Source: Felis catus
Lineage: Eukaryota
Direction of reading: 5' to 3'
DNA: 64,000 bases
Assembly (NCBI RefSeq): GCF_018350175.1
Contig: NC_058368.1
Location: 79,362,001 to 79,426,000 of the forward strand
Each line of letters starts with the position of its first letter. The stretch's first letter is position 1. The notes under the pieces were generated by a model. That model saw only the letters and a program-made list of their open reading frames with translations. It did no database searches and was not told the origin of the DNA. Below, one piece after another: positions 39,700-51,610 of this stretch. The translations under genes and the position numbers were made by a program.

Positions 39700-41381
39700 T
39701 CATTAACTACTTTTATTAAAACAATTTAATTAAAACAATTCACAATTTTGTGTTCAATAACCACTGAGTTCCCATGTAAAAAATGAGTATCATGTTCAAT
39801 CTTGTAACATCTAGACCTACATGTATACAGATTTAAGATCCAACTGGACTTATTTAATGTTGCAAAATGTTCCTCTCTGCATCTTTCTCCACCTTTGTGA
39901 AATCTGCACTAATTCGCAAACACCTTTGAAACGAAAACTGATACCTGAAGAGAAGCGAGGTATGGAATCTCCCCGTTGCTGGGGAGTGACACTTGATTAT
40001 GCAAGAGTCTGTAGCATCCGTGCTCTCTGAGAAGAAGGATTTGACAAGCTAATTAATTTGTCTTTTCTTTTACCTCAGTCTTTCTGACTCACACTCCCTC
40101 TGAGCTGACACCCAGCCCCCACCTTCCATGCTGGTGGCTCAACGCAAGCCTTCCCTCATTTAGTCACCTCTCACGTCAAGGTCATAGTGATGGGTGTGGA
40201 GAAGGAATTCTGGGGATCGCACCGTGCTCCCCGATGAGCTATTTAGGGTTCTGGGCCGCCCGAGACCACACTAACAGCCACGGTAGCTGACCAGGAGCTG
40301 GGCACCGGCTGAACTAAGGAAGGGGCGACTTGAACAACTGTCCAGCCATGCCATCGGGAGCCAGCCGATGACCACATTTGCCTGGCACCTGTAAGGCCCT
40401 CAGAATATTTATTAAGTGGGTGATGAGCGAATGAATGAAGGTAGGAAAAATGAAGAGAAAGCCATGCTTGCCATAAAGGCAGACAGGTGCATCAGCAAAG
40501 ACGTGGCAGTTTGGGGAAGGGTCTCAGAAGTGGGGTAACTGGAGGAAAAGAAATCCACCTCCCAAGGAAGGCGAGCTTTCCTCTCTGGACTTGACCACCA
40601 GGCATTTTGTCCCTACGAAGCGACAGGATCTTAAGCAGGCCGGGGGTTCCGCCTGTTTACGTTGAGTGCTGTCTGGTTATAACCATGGCCAACTTTTACA
40701 CATTTGGTTAACAATTTGAGGCTCTGCTTCCGAAATCTCAATGCTTCCTTTGCAAATTCAAAGAGAAATCCCAGAATCTAGCCAGAAAGTGAGGCTGGCC
40801 TTATGGTATTCCCACGCCCCGCTGAAAACAGGAAGACAGCACAGTGATCATGACCACCCCTCACAAAGGGGCTCCTGCCTAGACCTGTCCTTGGCTCCAA
40901 AAGCGGCGAGGGCTTCTCTCACTCTGGAGGGGCGACAGGTGCAGGCAGGGAGCAGAAAGCAAGATGAGGTCAAGAAACCAGAATTGATCTGTAAATAGAA
41001 AACAAACACTCCTATGCGGTCACAACCTACGGGGATCACGGAAGAGCCACGTTTGTATCTGTTTGGCCCGAGCACACCTGCCTTCCCCGCTGGGTCCTCA
41101 GCAGCGCTAGGGAAGAAATTCCGTGTTTCCCATCTTTGAATTCTCGGAGCTTCCCACCCTGCCTGGAACATAACAGGTGTGCAAGAAATGCCTGCAGTTG
41201 ACTGATTCTCCATACTTTCCACAAGTTCTGCATTAAGCTCTCACCACGCCCGCCATGTCCTAGAGCTTCAGTTTTGTTCCCCCCTCCTTTTTTTATACCA
41301 AATAGGCAGAATTTCTAGATGACTCAGTGAGTGAGGTTCACCTCTCCCAGGTACTGGTTTTTTTTTGGAAAAAAATTATTT

Positions 41382-41600
41382 GGGGGCGCCTGGGTGGCTC
41401 AGTCGGTGAAGCGTCTGACTTCAGCTCAGGTCATGATCTCACAGTTCGTGGGTTTGAGCCCCGCGTCCGGCTCTGTGCTGACAGCTCGGAGCCTGGAGCC
41501 TGCTTTGGATTCTGTGTCTCCCTCCCTCTCTGCCCCTCTCCCACTACCGCTTTGTGTCTCTCTGTCTCTCAAGAATAAACAAACATAAAAAAATTTTTTT
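41382..41600 (+). mobile_element. CanSINE (SINEC_Fc-like)
   Basis: Complete element; flanks aaattattt. Confidence 0.94.
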
Positions 41601-43136
41601 AAATTATTTTGATACAGCCTGTATTACATTAAGGCCTTTAAACTCGAACTTGAATCAGAAGCAGCCCAGAGTTTTATTATCGGGGACCAGCAAGGGTCAC
41701 AGAAGACATACGGTTCTATTTTCCATCTATTTTCAGAAGGATGGGCTGAACATTCACCACACCAAAGCAATGATCTCCAACATTTAATTAAAAAGCTTCA
41801 AAAAAAAAAAAAAAAAACCCACAGACTGGTTTATTCCGGTACGTTCCTGGGGCTTTGTGTGCTGTTAGAACTTCCATCCATCTCTGAGCCTAAGGCCTTC
41901 ATGCAGGGCCTCAAATATAGTAGCTGCTCAATAAATGCACAGGGAAGAAAGAAATGTAATAAAGGAAAGAAGAGAAGGAATGGAAACCAGGCATGAACCC
42001 AGAGGGTCTGCTTCCCGCCCTGCCTAAGTGGCACCGCCAACCCTGAGACTTTTTTCAGGCTCTGACCTTTGTGGGCAAGAGTTCCCGAACTTCAGAGGGT
42101 CCGTGGGTAGCGGCTTGTTAAACCACAGACCCCGGAGTCTTTCTGTCACCCGCTGTTAACATTCCTATTCAGCAGGGCCGGAGTGGGGGCTGGGACTCTG
42201 CCCTCCTCACAAGACTCGGGTACCAGGGATGGGGGCGGCCCGGGGATCAACAGGGACAGAGAACCGCCGGCTCCCAGGAGCACAGGTTCAAGCGCTGGCA
42301 CCGACCCCAAACTGCTTCCTGAGAAAGACTACAACTTTACATGCAGCTGTCCCTACAGCCCCGCTCTGTGCCGAGTGGGGTAGCCTTCCCTTCGGGTTTC
42401 CTGATTTTTTTAAGGGAAGAATTAACTCTGTCCCTGTTTATCTGGCCACCAAGGTTCCTGTGTCCGTCCCCGCTCAGCAATTAAGGCGATCCGTTTCCAT
42501 GCTAACGACCGTCCCTGTTATCTCCGGCCGTCCAGCTGCCATCCACAGCCTGCTTTCGGGGAAATAATACTGGGGAAGATAATCTAAGGGAGGCTGTGAT
42601 GTAGATATGCTAAGTTCCATCTTTGGACCCAATTAATGGTCGGAAAAAATAAACGTGTTCATGAAATTATACCTCAATATCATGTCTGATTTTTACTAAA
42701 AGTTGCCCCAAGCTATATGCAAATGAATACTATTGATGCACTTGCCGTGAAATGGTGGTGATACAACTGTGCAGTGTAGTGTCTGAATCTTGCCGGCCGG
42801 GCGTAGGCCACGCGGAGAGCGATCTTCCCTTCTGTGAGTTACCGGGAGCTGCTACCTCTCACGTGCTATGTTTCCTGCTCCCCGGGGCCGCCAGGAAGCT
42901 CAAAGTTTGGGTTTATTTTATGCACCTCGCCGCTGTAGCCTGCTTTGTTTCTGATGCACTGAATTTTTCACATGGTGTTTGTTTGTTTTCTTCTGTTTTG
43001 TTTGCAAGATGCCTGAACTCCCTTTTAGAGAGAGGACAGATAGGGGTTCCCGCGAAGTCACAGTGTTACTGTGATAAACGGCAAATGCGTGCAATGTTAC
43101 TTTATTATCAGTTATTACAATGAACACGATGAAATA

Positions 43137-43151
43137 GTCGCCCATGGTAAC
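43137..43151. promoter_or_regulatory. Consensus RFX X-box motif
   Basis: GTCGCC-CAT-GGTAAC fits GTNRCC-N0-3-RGYAAC; function untested. Confidence 0.35.
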
Positions 43152-43879
43152 CACGAACGATCCTCGTGTGTGGCCCCCGCGGCCACTGCCCGGCTTGTAC
43201 TGCTCGCGTCCGTCCTTTCCTCCCCACCCTCTTCTCTCAGAAGGGACCCAGAACGTTCTCCTGTTCATCCTCCGTGGAGTTCTGAGCTGCCCTCTTCCAA
43301 CTTCTCCCCACCTGAGTTCATGGATTCACCTCTTGGAGGGTTTCACCTGCCTCTGAGCCCACGGCTCCCAACCCAAACTTCCAGCTACAGAATCTCTTCA
43401 AGTTCCGGAACCCATCACAACCAAATAACACCCTGCTACTATTGTGAAAGTGGGTGAATACTACACACATCGAGAGCATGAGATTGCATTTGGAGAGTTC
43501 ACTGTTCTCAAGGAAGACGAAAAAGCACAAGTTGGGATAGTACCCATGCGCCTTGATAGAAAGCTCTACTCTGTAATGTGGGTTGTCTAGATCCTTACTT
43601 CTCCGCAGATCCTTGGTTATCCCTCTTGCCCATGGCTTCTACCTGTTACTTGAAAAATCCATTCCCCGGGCAAATAGGTTGCAAAGCCCCTCGTCTTCTC
43701 GGAGACACTGGTTACAGGGGATTTGGGGGCAAGGGAAGGTGTGCTTGTAACGTACTGAGTCTTGTGTGTTCTTCATTGTAAGATGCACCGTTGTTTCATG
43801 TGCCACCAGGACAGGAAGGAAAATAATGCCCATAAAACGGTGAGACAAGGCTTTCTTCTCATTTCAGATTTCTGATTTC

Positions 43880-44960
43880 TACCGATTGAGGTTTTCAATA
43901 TCTTACTGAGGCGTAACTGACACTCAACAAACTGCATATCTACTGTTCAGTTTTTGAGTGTGTTTACCTGTGATGCCATGGCCACTATCAAGAAAATGAA
44001 CTCACCCGCCATGTCCAGATGTCTCCTCCTGCCCCTTGGTCGTACCTCCCTATCCCTCCCTCCCACCTCCACCCTTCTCCCCAGGGAAATGCTGATCCGA
44101 TTCCTGTCTCTACACAACATTTTGCTAGAATTCCATTTACGTGGAATTGTACAGATTCTTCTTTGTATCTGACTTCTTCCTTGCAGCAGAGTTAAGAGTC
44201 ATCTACTTAGAATAAATATCACCAGTTCATTTATTTAGTGCCGAATGGTGTTCCATTGTGTGAATAGACTGGTTTGTTTATCTGGTCACCTTTCATGGGG
44301 TTTGGGGTTGTCTCCACCTTTTGGATATTACAAAATAGCCTGCTATAAATACTTTCGTTCATTCCTTATGTGAAAATATGCTTTCATTTCTTTGGTTTTT
44401 ATGACCAAAAATACAGCCTATCTTGGTAAATATTCTGTGTGCATTTGAAAACACTGTGTATTCTGCTTTGTCTATAATTGTCAGGTCAAGTTGGTTGGGA
44501 GTGTTGTTCAAATCTTCTATGTTCTTATCGGTTTTCTATCTTTTTTAATGTTTCTTTCTTTATTTTGGGGGGGGGGAGGGGAGGGACAGAGAGAGAGGGA
44601 GAGAAAGAGTCTCAAGCAGGTTCCACACCATCAGCACAGAGCCTGATGCAGGGCTCAATCCCATGAACTGTGAGATTATTCTGACCTGGGCTGAAATCAA
44701 AAGTTGGATGTTTAATCAACTGAGCCACCCAGACTCTCTCTTTATCTTTTTGTATCAATTACTGAGAGACAGGTATTGAAATCTCTGGGTTTTCTGCTTC
44801 TTCTTGCACATCTCTCGGTTCTTATCTCAGGTATTTACAAGCTCTTTTTGGTGCATAAACCTTCAGAAAGGCTGTATTCTCTTGGCAAATCGATTCCTTT
44901 GCCTTTATCCAATGAACTCTCTTATCCTGTCAGTGTTTTGTTGACTGAAATATCGAAGGG
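43880..44960 (-). mobile_element. Old L1 (L1MB/MC-like) 3' end and ORF2 fragments
   Basis: tactgaggcgtaactgacactcaacaaactgcatat...ttttgctagaattccatttacgtggaattgtacag...tgttccattgtgtgaatagac...aaatatgctttcatttctttgg. Confidence 0.75.
44540..44735 (-). mobile_element. CanSINE, older subfamily
   Basis: Antisense element inside L1. Confidence 0.88.
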
Positions 44961-45295
44961 TTCTCACTACCCCCTCATGCTGTAGGATTTACAGCTAAGT
45001 CACATGTCATTAGGGCAAGGGCAGATTGGCCACCTGTGCTTAGCAGGTGCATAGGGATTTCGGGGATGTTACAATGCACAAGATCAACGTATGCTTAGAA
45101 CTGGTGATACAGGGACATCACAGGGCGGTTGTGAAACTGATTCTTTTTAACGGAAATCTCGCAGGAATGTTCTCTGGCAAGTCTTCATTCACCTTGGGTT
45201 GCTGTTTCGACAGTCCAAACTCTTTTCAGCAGTGCTATACAGTGACGTGATAGAGGCAAAGTATCGTTTTGGGCACACTGTTAAAGGTGGGGGGG

Positions 45296-45495
45296 GGGGC
45301 GCCTGGAGGGCTCAGCCAGGTAAGCGACCGACTCTTGGTTTGGGCTCAGGTCATCATCTCACGGTTCGTGAGTTTGAACCCCTTTCAGGTTCTGCCCTGA
45401 CGGTGTGAAACCTGCCTGGGATTCTGTCTCCCTCCCTCTCCCTCTCTCCCTCTCTCCCTCTCTCTCTCAAAAATGGATAAATAAACTTAAAAGAA
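45296..45495 (+). mobile_element. CanSINE, older subfamily
   Basis: ggggcgcctggagggctcagccaggtaagcg head, CT tract, A tail. Confidence 0.9.
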
Positions 45496-45626
45496 AAACA
45501 AGATGGAATGGTTGTTTCTGCTTCTCCCTGAGGGGACAGTCACGAAGTCCTCGGCTCGGGCTGCCTTCCTCACGGGGACACTATCCTGCCTGTGCCCGTT
45601 ATTTTGTGAAAGATTTCCTTACTCTT

Positions 45627-45837
45627 TTTTAAATTTTTTTTTCAACGTTTTTATTTATTTTTGAGACAGAGCATGAACGGAGGAGGGGCAGAGAGAGAGG
45701 GAGACACAGAATCGGAAACAGGCTCCAGGCTCTGAGCCATCAGCCCAGAGCCTGACGCGGGGCTCGAACTCACGGACCGCGAGATCGTGACCTGGCTGAA
45801 GTAGGATGTTTAACCGACTGCGCCACCCAGGCGCCCC
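45627..45837 (-). mobile_element. Young feline SINE (SINEC_Fc)
   Basis: Near-consensus; TSD tccttactctt at 45616-45626 and 45838-45848. Confidence 0.96.
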
Positions 45838-45990
45838 TCCTTACTCTTGTAAGTCTGTCTACATTCTGGCCATCACTGCATGCGGAAGACGCCCCGAATG
45901 GAAACCGTTGTCTTCCCCCACGCTCCCCGGTGTCTACACCCATTCTCAGGTAATGAAATAAATGTGGATACGGTCACATGCATGCCAGCA

Positions 45991-46040
45991 TGTGTGTGCG
46001 TGTGTGTGCACACAACACGCACACACACACACACACACAC
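45991..46040. repeat. (TG)n/(CA)n inverted compound microsatellite
   Basis: tgtgtgtgcgtgtgtgtg followed by cacacaacacgcacacacac. Confidence 0.9.
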
Positions 46041-47590
46041 CCCGTGATCCCCATTCATTTTGCCCACTATGCTCTTGCCCCGAAGTCCCCGTGCCTGTCA
46101 CCTCTCCTGGATCCCTTCCCTCCCTCTCTCCTTCCCCACATCACACCTGTGCTTCAGCAGCCCTCAAATCCCCATTATGCCTCGGGCGTGCGTTTTCCCT
46201 TCATTGATTTGTGCCAAGAATACACTTAACTTTTACATTTACATCTAGAAAATTATTTCTCCTCCACTGACACAGCTCCAAGTGTGTCCCTCAGCAGGGA
46301 CGCCCCACGGTCCCAGGGCACAGTTAGCCGCTCCCTTTCATCTGTGCTCTCTCCCCACTCATACCTGCGCTCAGGTGCTGGCTGACCCTTCTGGCTCCTC
46401 CTTGGGGCCGCGTTCTAAGGAAACATCACCTATTTTGTTAACGACGTCTCCTCTACTGTCTGTCATACGCCTCAACCTGTCAGCTGAAGGCGGCACGTGT
46501 GACGGCTTTCCTACCCTCTGCCACTCTTACAGACCCCATCCGGGGTCTGGCCTCCTCCAGTCTCCCGGGGGGAAACTCACAGGTGCCTCCTTGCTCCTCC
46601 CGCCTCCGCCTGTGCCGCAGCCAGTCCCGGTTGGCGCCGAGGTCTGTGCGCTGCTCTCCGGTCACCTGTCTGGTGTCGTCCACGCCCTCGGTCTTCCCGT
46701 GACAGGGTCATGCTCCAGCCATGCGCTGCCCTTGGGTGTGTGCCTGCAGTTCTCAGGTTATCTTATTAACTCTCCATATAATGGGAGGGGATATTTATCT
46801 ACCCTTTGGAAGAGCATTATTTCTGGGAAAAGAGCCTGGATTCCTGGCAGAGGGTAACCGGGAGGACCATTGCCCTGTAAACAAAATCGCATCCGTGCCG
46901 CACCTAAACGGTATGTTCTAAAGGGCTGTGTGCCTGCAAGCCAGCCCTGGCCAGGGCAGGGCCCGGGCATTCCGCAAATGTTTGCCAGGACCCTGGCCCC
47001 TGCTCTCTAGAACATTCTGGGTTCTCAGTAGTGTGAAGCAAAAGAAATAATTTCCCTAAGCTTACACTGGTAGATCGAGACCAAATGAGAAACTGATAAA
47101 AATAACTCTGAAAACTCAGCATGTACAGAACTAAGATTGCATTTTCATGACCTTGACCTTGAATTACAGCCATACCCGAGAATGGGAAGCAACATTGATC
47201 AAGTATTTTGGAAATCGGTAAAAAAATAAAAATGGCAGATGGTCAGAGGGGAGAATTCATACTTTTATGAACTTTTATTCATTCATTGGAGTCAAATCCA
47301 GTCCTCTCCTCTGCCGGAGGACAGGAACGGAGACCTTCATTCAGGTATTTCCAAACAATTAAAGTGCCCTGGTTTTTAATGTATTATCCCCAAACGGGAA
47401 ACTTTTCTTAATCTACTCATCATTAAACTTGGGAAAATCTTCTCGGTTCAGCTTGTGAAATAATTTGCCTAATGCTTAAGCTGATTGATATTTTATTTTT
47501 GCTGGAATCTCGGACGTTTTCAAAGTCAGTCGGCTTTTACAAATGGACGAACATCCCCCAGGCACAGTGTGCATATAAATAGAAGCTGCA

Positions 47591-47817
47591 GGGGCGCCTG
47601 GGTGGCGCAGTCGGTTAAGCGTCCGACTTCAGCCAGGTCACGATTTCGCGATCCGAGAGTTCGAGCCCCGCGTCAGGCTCTGGGCGGATGGCTCGGAGCC
47701 TGGAGCCTGTTTCCAATTCTGTGTCTCCCTCTCTCTCTGCCCCTCCCCCGTTCATGCTCTGTCTCTCTCTGTCCCAAAAATAAATAAAAAAGTTGAAAAA
47801 AAAAATTAAAAAAAAAA
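47591..47817 (+). mobile_element. Young feline SINE (SINEC_Fc)
   Basis: Near-consensus with long A tail; perfect TSD aaatagaagctgca at 47577-47590 and 47818-47831. Confidence 0.97.
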
Positions 47818-50114
47818 AAATAGAAGCTGCACACGTCAGGCTTCCTCCTCAGATCATAATGTTAAAGATAAATTTTAAGTAGTTTTCGAAGTCTCGACAA
47901 GTAGGTCTACCTTCTAAGGAGCCGTATACATTTTATGCAGATGCCCAGAGCTGTCCCAATACGTGTGTTAATGTCCTGAAGAGAAAGTAATCTGAATGTA
48001 TTGCCTCAAGGTCACGTATATGGATTTTAAATTTAATATTGCTTGCTTTCCCATTCAAAAGAGCGTTAACCATCTTCCAGTAAAGAAAGTAATACAATTC
48101 GGAGGAATTCTTTCAACTACATAATTTTCAATAATTCATAAATGCCTTAGGATTTATTTTAAAATAAAGAGTCATCACCAGATTGCTTACATTAATTCTT
48201 GTAAAGCCACGTTCAAAATTCATTTTGGGCCTCTGACAAAGCTTTTATGGTAAGGATGTTTTGTTTTGTTTTGTTTTGTTTTTTTCATTTATTAGATTCA
48301 CTTATGTGACAGTTAACAAAAGCTGTTTACTTGAATGCTCAAACAGGCTATCATGTTTTCAGTGTGTTGAAAAATGTGTGTTATATTTGCCTTTCAATTA
48401 TTAAAGAAAAAAAAAGACAGAATGGACTTTTCAGCTGGTCTGCTCCTTCTTGGAAGTTTCTAGTTTATTTTTGGCCCCCCAGCGCTGGTCTGTGCCCCCA
48501 AATCCAACAGAGATGTTTTCGAGAACAGTTTCTGTTCTCGAACAAAACAAGAGTTTATGATTCACTTTCAGACTTTGTTCCTTCAGGCTAACTTGTTTGT
48601 CTGAGAAAACAGATTCCCGACCCCTGCGCTCAGAGCAGGATCCTTGTGCCCCTGTTTTTACTCCTCTGTGGCTCAGACGACGTGACTTTTGGCCCATGAA
48701 ACATGCACGCGAGGCAAACGGAGAAAAACACGATAATCTTGTGAGGTCTTTTCCAGCGACGCACCGTCCCCAGCAGAGGACAAGGGCAGGCATGTAAACT
48801 GACCCAGCAACGAGGGACAGAGACGCTTAAAATCCCCCACCCTGCCGGCTCCCGGAGGTGTCTCTGCCCTGTGTATCTGGCCTGCCGGGACCTGCCAGCC
48901 TGTTACATTTGGATACATTTATCCCAGCCATTGGCAGCTTCTTCCTGTTTTCTTCCTAGCGGCTCCCTCCGACTGCTCAGTTCATCCTCTGCTGGGTGCT
49001 GGCTCCCTGCTGGAGTCTTCTGCCTCTGCTCCGGTTGATTAAAATTACTGTCCCCTTATCTCCCAGCCGGCCACCTGCTCTGAGCTCTAAACGCAGGTGG
49101 CTACGTCTTCCAGTGGAAACACAGAAACCTGCTCCTTAGCCTCTACTCGTAGGAACACAACCGCGTGGAGGGTTTGCCATGCAAATCAGCTAGAAGGCCC
49201 AGTCCCTGCATTTCTACGCACTAAAGGAGAGATAAGGGCCAGTGACGTTTAAACACCTCTCCCTTCAAGCACGGAAAAGAAAAAGGCATTGTTGGCGAGT
49301 GGTAAGTATGGAGCACCAATGTCCTATGGGTCACGCGGCTCAGCGAGGCCTCAGTGTGCACTGACACCGTGGGGAGCTTGGCCGTCACCCCACAACTGTG
49401 CAGGTGTAGTTGCTGTCGTGATGCAGGGGCACCCACAAGCTTCGGGGCGGTGGGATCAGCCAGCTCCCCGGAAGGAAATTGTAGGCCCAGCATCTGACCG
49501 GAACTGGCCCCCGTTAGGCAGAGAAGGAAAACAAAATACCCACCCGTGCGTCTGACTCGTGCTTTGAGTCAGGAGGTCCCTCCCGGGCAATGCAGGTGCA
49601 GGGGGGGAGCCTGGGCCTGGTCTGCTCTGCGCTCAACCCCTCCTGCCTGGCGGGAAGACACAGGGGGTCTGCGGGCAAGGCGGGAATAGTGATCAGAAGA
49701 AGGTTCTGGCTTCCTGCCACCTCCTCCCTGACCGCTTTGAACCTCAGAGTCCCCTTAGCGCCAGATGGGTTTGCCCCCCGCAGGGTGTTTGAGGATCCCA
49801 TAAGAAAGCACTTGAGGAAACTCTGAAAGGATTGCCTGGGGCTCGTCCGCTCTTTGCGACTCCATTTCTTCTAGATCTTTCCCCAGCTACTTTTGCCCAG
49901 CTCTCCTCTGCTCTGTCCTCACCAGTGATCCCTTGTTGCCTTCAGTTTCTCCTTTTACCAGCTTTTCTCCCTTCTGTCTCTATTTTTGTGTTCTCTTTCT
50001 CTCTCCTCTGTACCAGGGAATTCAGAAAATGTCAACAAAAGCTTACCTTACCTTACCGATAACTTTGCTGAGAGATGAGAGAGTTGTGTGTGACTTTCTG
50101 CTCGGCGTTTTCAG

Positions 50115-50323
50115 TCTATTTGTTTTTTTTATTTTTATTTTTTTTAAAGAGAGAGAATACGAGTGGGGAGGGACAGAGAGAGAGAGATGGAGAGAAAGAA
50201 TCCGAAGCAGGCTCCACACTGTCAGCGAGCAGCTCCATGCGGGGCTTGATCTCACCCGCCATGAGATCGTGACCTGAGCCTAAACCAAGAATCGAATCTC
50301 AACCGACAGAGCCACCTACGTGC
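50115..50323 (-). mobile_element. CanSINE, older subfamily
   Basis: Antisense element. Confidence 0.88.
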
Positions 50324-50357
50324 AATAAATGTTTTCAGCCTAAAGTAAGCTTATCCT

Positions 50358-50575
50358 GGGGCATCTGGGTGGCTCAGCAGGTTAAGCAGCCGAGTTCAAC
50401 TCAGATCATGATCTCACAGTTCGTGAGTTCAAGCCCTGCATCAGGCTCTGTGCTGACAGCTCGGAGCCTGGAGTCTGCCTCGGATTCCATGTCTCCCTCT
50501 CTAAGCCCCTCTTCCGTTCGTGCTCTCTCTCTCTCTCTCAAAACTAGATAATTAAAAAAAATTTTTTTTTAAGTA
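50358..50575 (+). mobile_element. CanSINE
   Basis: TSD taagcttatcct ending at 50357 and 50590. Confidence 0.93.
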
Positions 50576-51069
50576 AAATAAGCTTATCCTAAGAAGCTAG
50601 ATTCATTTCCTGTTAATACACAGACCAAGTGCCGAGGACACCCGCACGCGTGTATGCGTGAAATCTTTTTCCGTAAACTACTGTTGACTAAAAAATACTC
50701 GCAGGCTGCAATGGTAGAATAAAGCATAATTTAGAAATTATTTTTCATATTATTACAATAGGAACTGAAAGCGGAGATGGTGGGGAAGAGAAGAGGGACA
50801 GAGAGGGAGAGCAGGAGGTAGGGAGGAGAGAGGGAGGGACGAGCAGGGAGATCCAGCTGAATGTAAACCCATGGTGCATAATGGATGGCACTAGTTCCCG
50901 AAATCCTGTCTGTAAAAAACATCGTCAGGGAAGTCTTATGTCAATTTTAACCCCAGATCCTTGTCCCCCACCCCGTGTCTTCTGACCTGGGAAACCCGGG
51001 CTGGCGTCCTGGGGGACCTGGGCTGGCGTCCTGGAACCGACCCGGCTCACACGCCCTGCAGGGAACCTA

Positions 51070-51610
51070 CTTACAGGGGTTCACTTTCAGGTTAGTAAAA
51101 TTGTCTCAGATCCATGTTTCATGCTAGATTCCTCCAGGGAACTCTGACGATAAGGGGGTTGGTTGCCAGATGGGGTCCAGGCATCAGTCCTTATAAAATC
51201 TTCTTCCATGATCCCCAGGCTCAGCCCACGTCTGAGGTGACTGTCTGGAGGGTATCAGCTTTGGGCTCAGAAAACCTAGGACTCCAACACCCTGCTGTGT
51301 GACTTTCAACACATGAGTCCACGTCTCTGGGCCTCTGTGTTCACCTCTGGAAATTAGGGGACAAATCGTTTCCGCCCCAGGGATGGGAGCAGTGGTTCTT
51401 AAGCTAGGCTGCCTCTCACAATCATCTGGGAGGTTCTGCCTGGGTCAGACCCCACCCCAGCGGAGTCAGAATGTATGGCAGCAAAGCCAGGCTTCAGTGT
51501 TCGTGAAGCTTCCCGGACAACCTCCTGCTCGCGAGCCCGAGGTTGGAGACCAAGTGCCCTCTCGTGCTGGTATCTATCAATGCTGTGCTCCTAGCAGTAG
51601 GGCCTGGGGG
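51070..51610. mobile_element. Cluster of MER5-like hAT relics and a MIR
   Basis: cagtggttcttaagctaggctgc...aatcatctgggagg...ggttggagaccaag (51390-51553, MER5A-like) within MIR-like gtctctgggcctctgtgttcacctctggaaattagggg. Confidence 0.5.
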
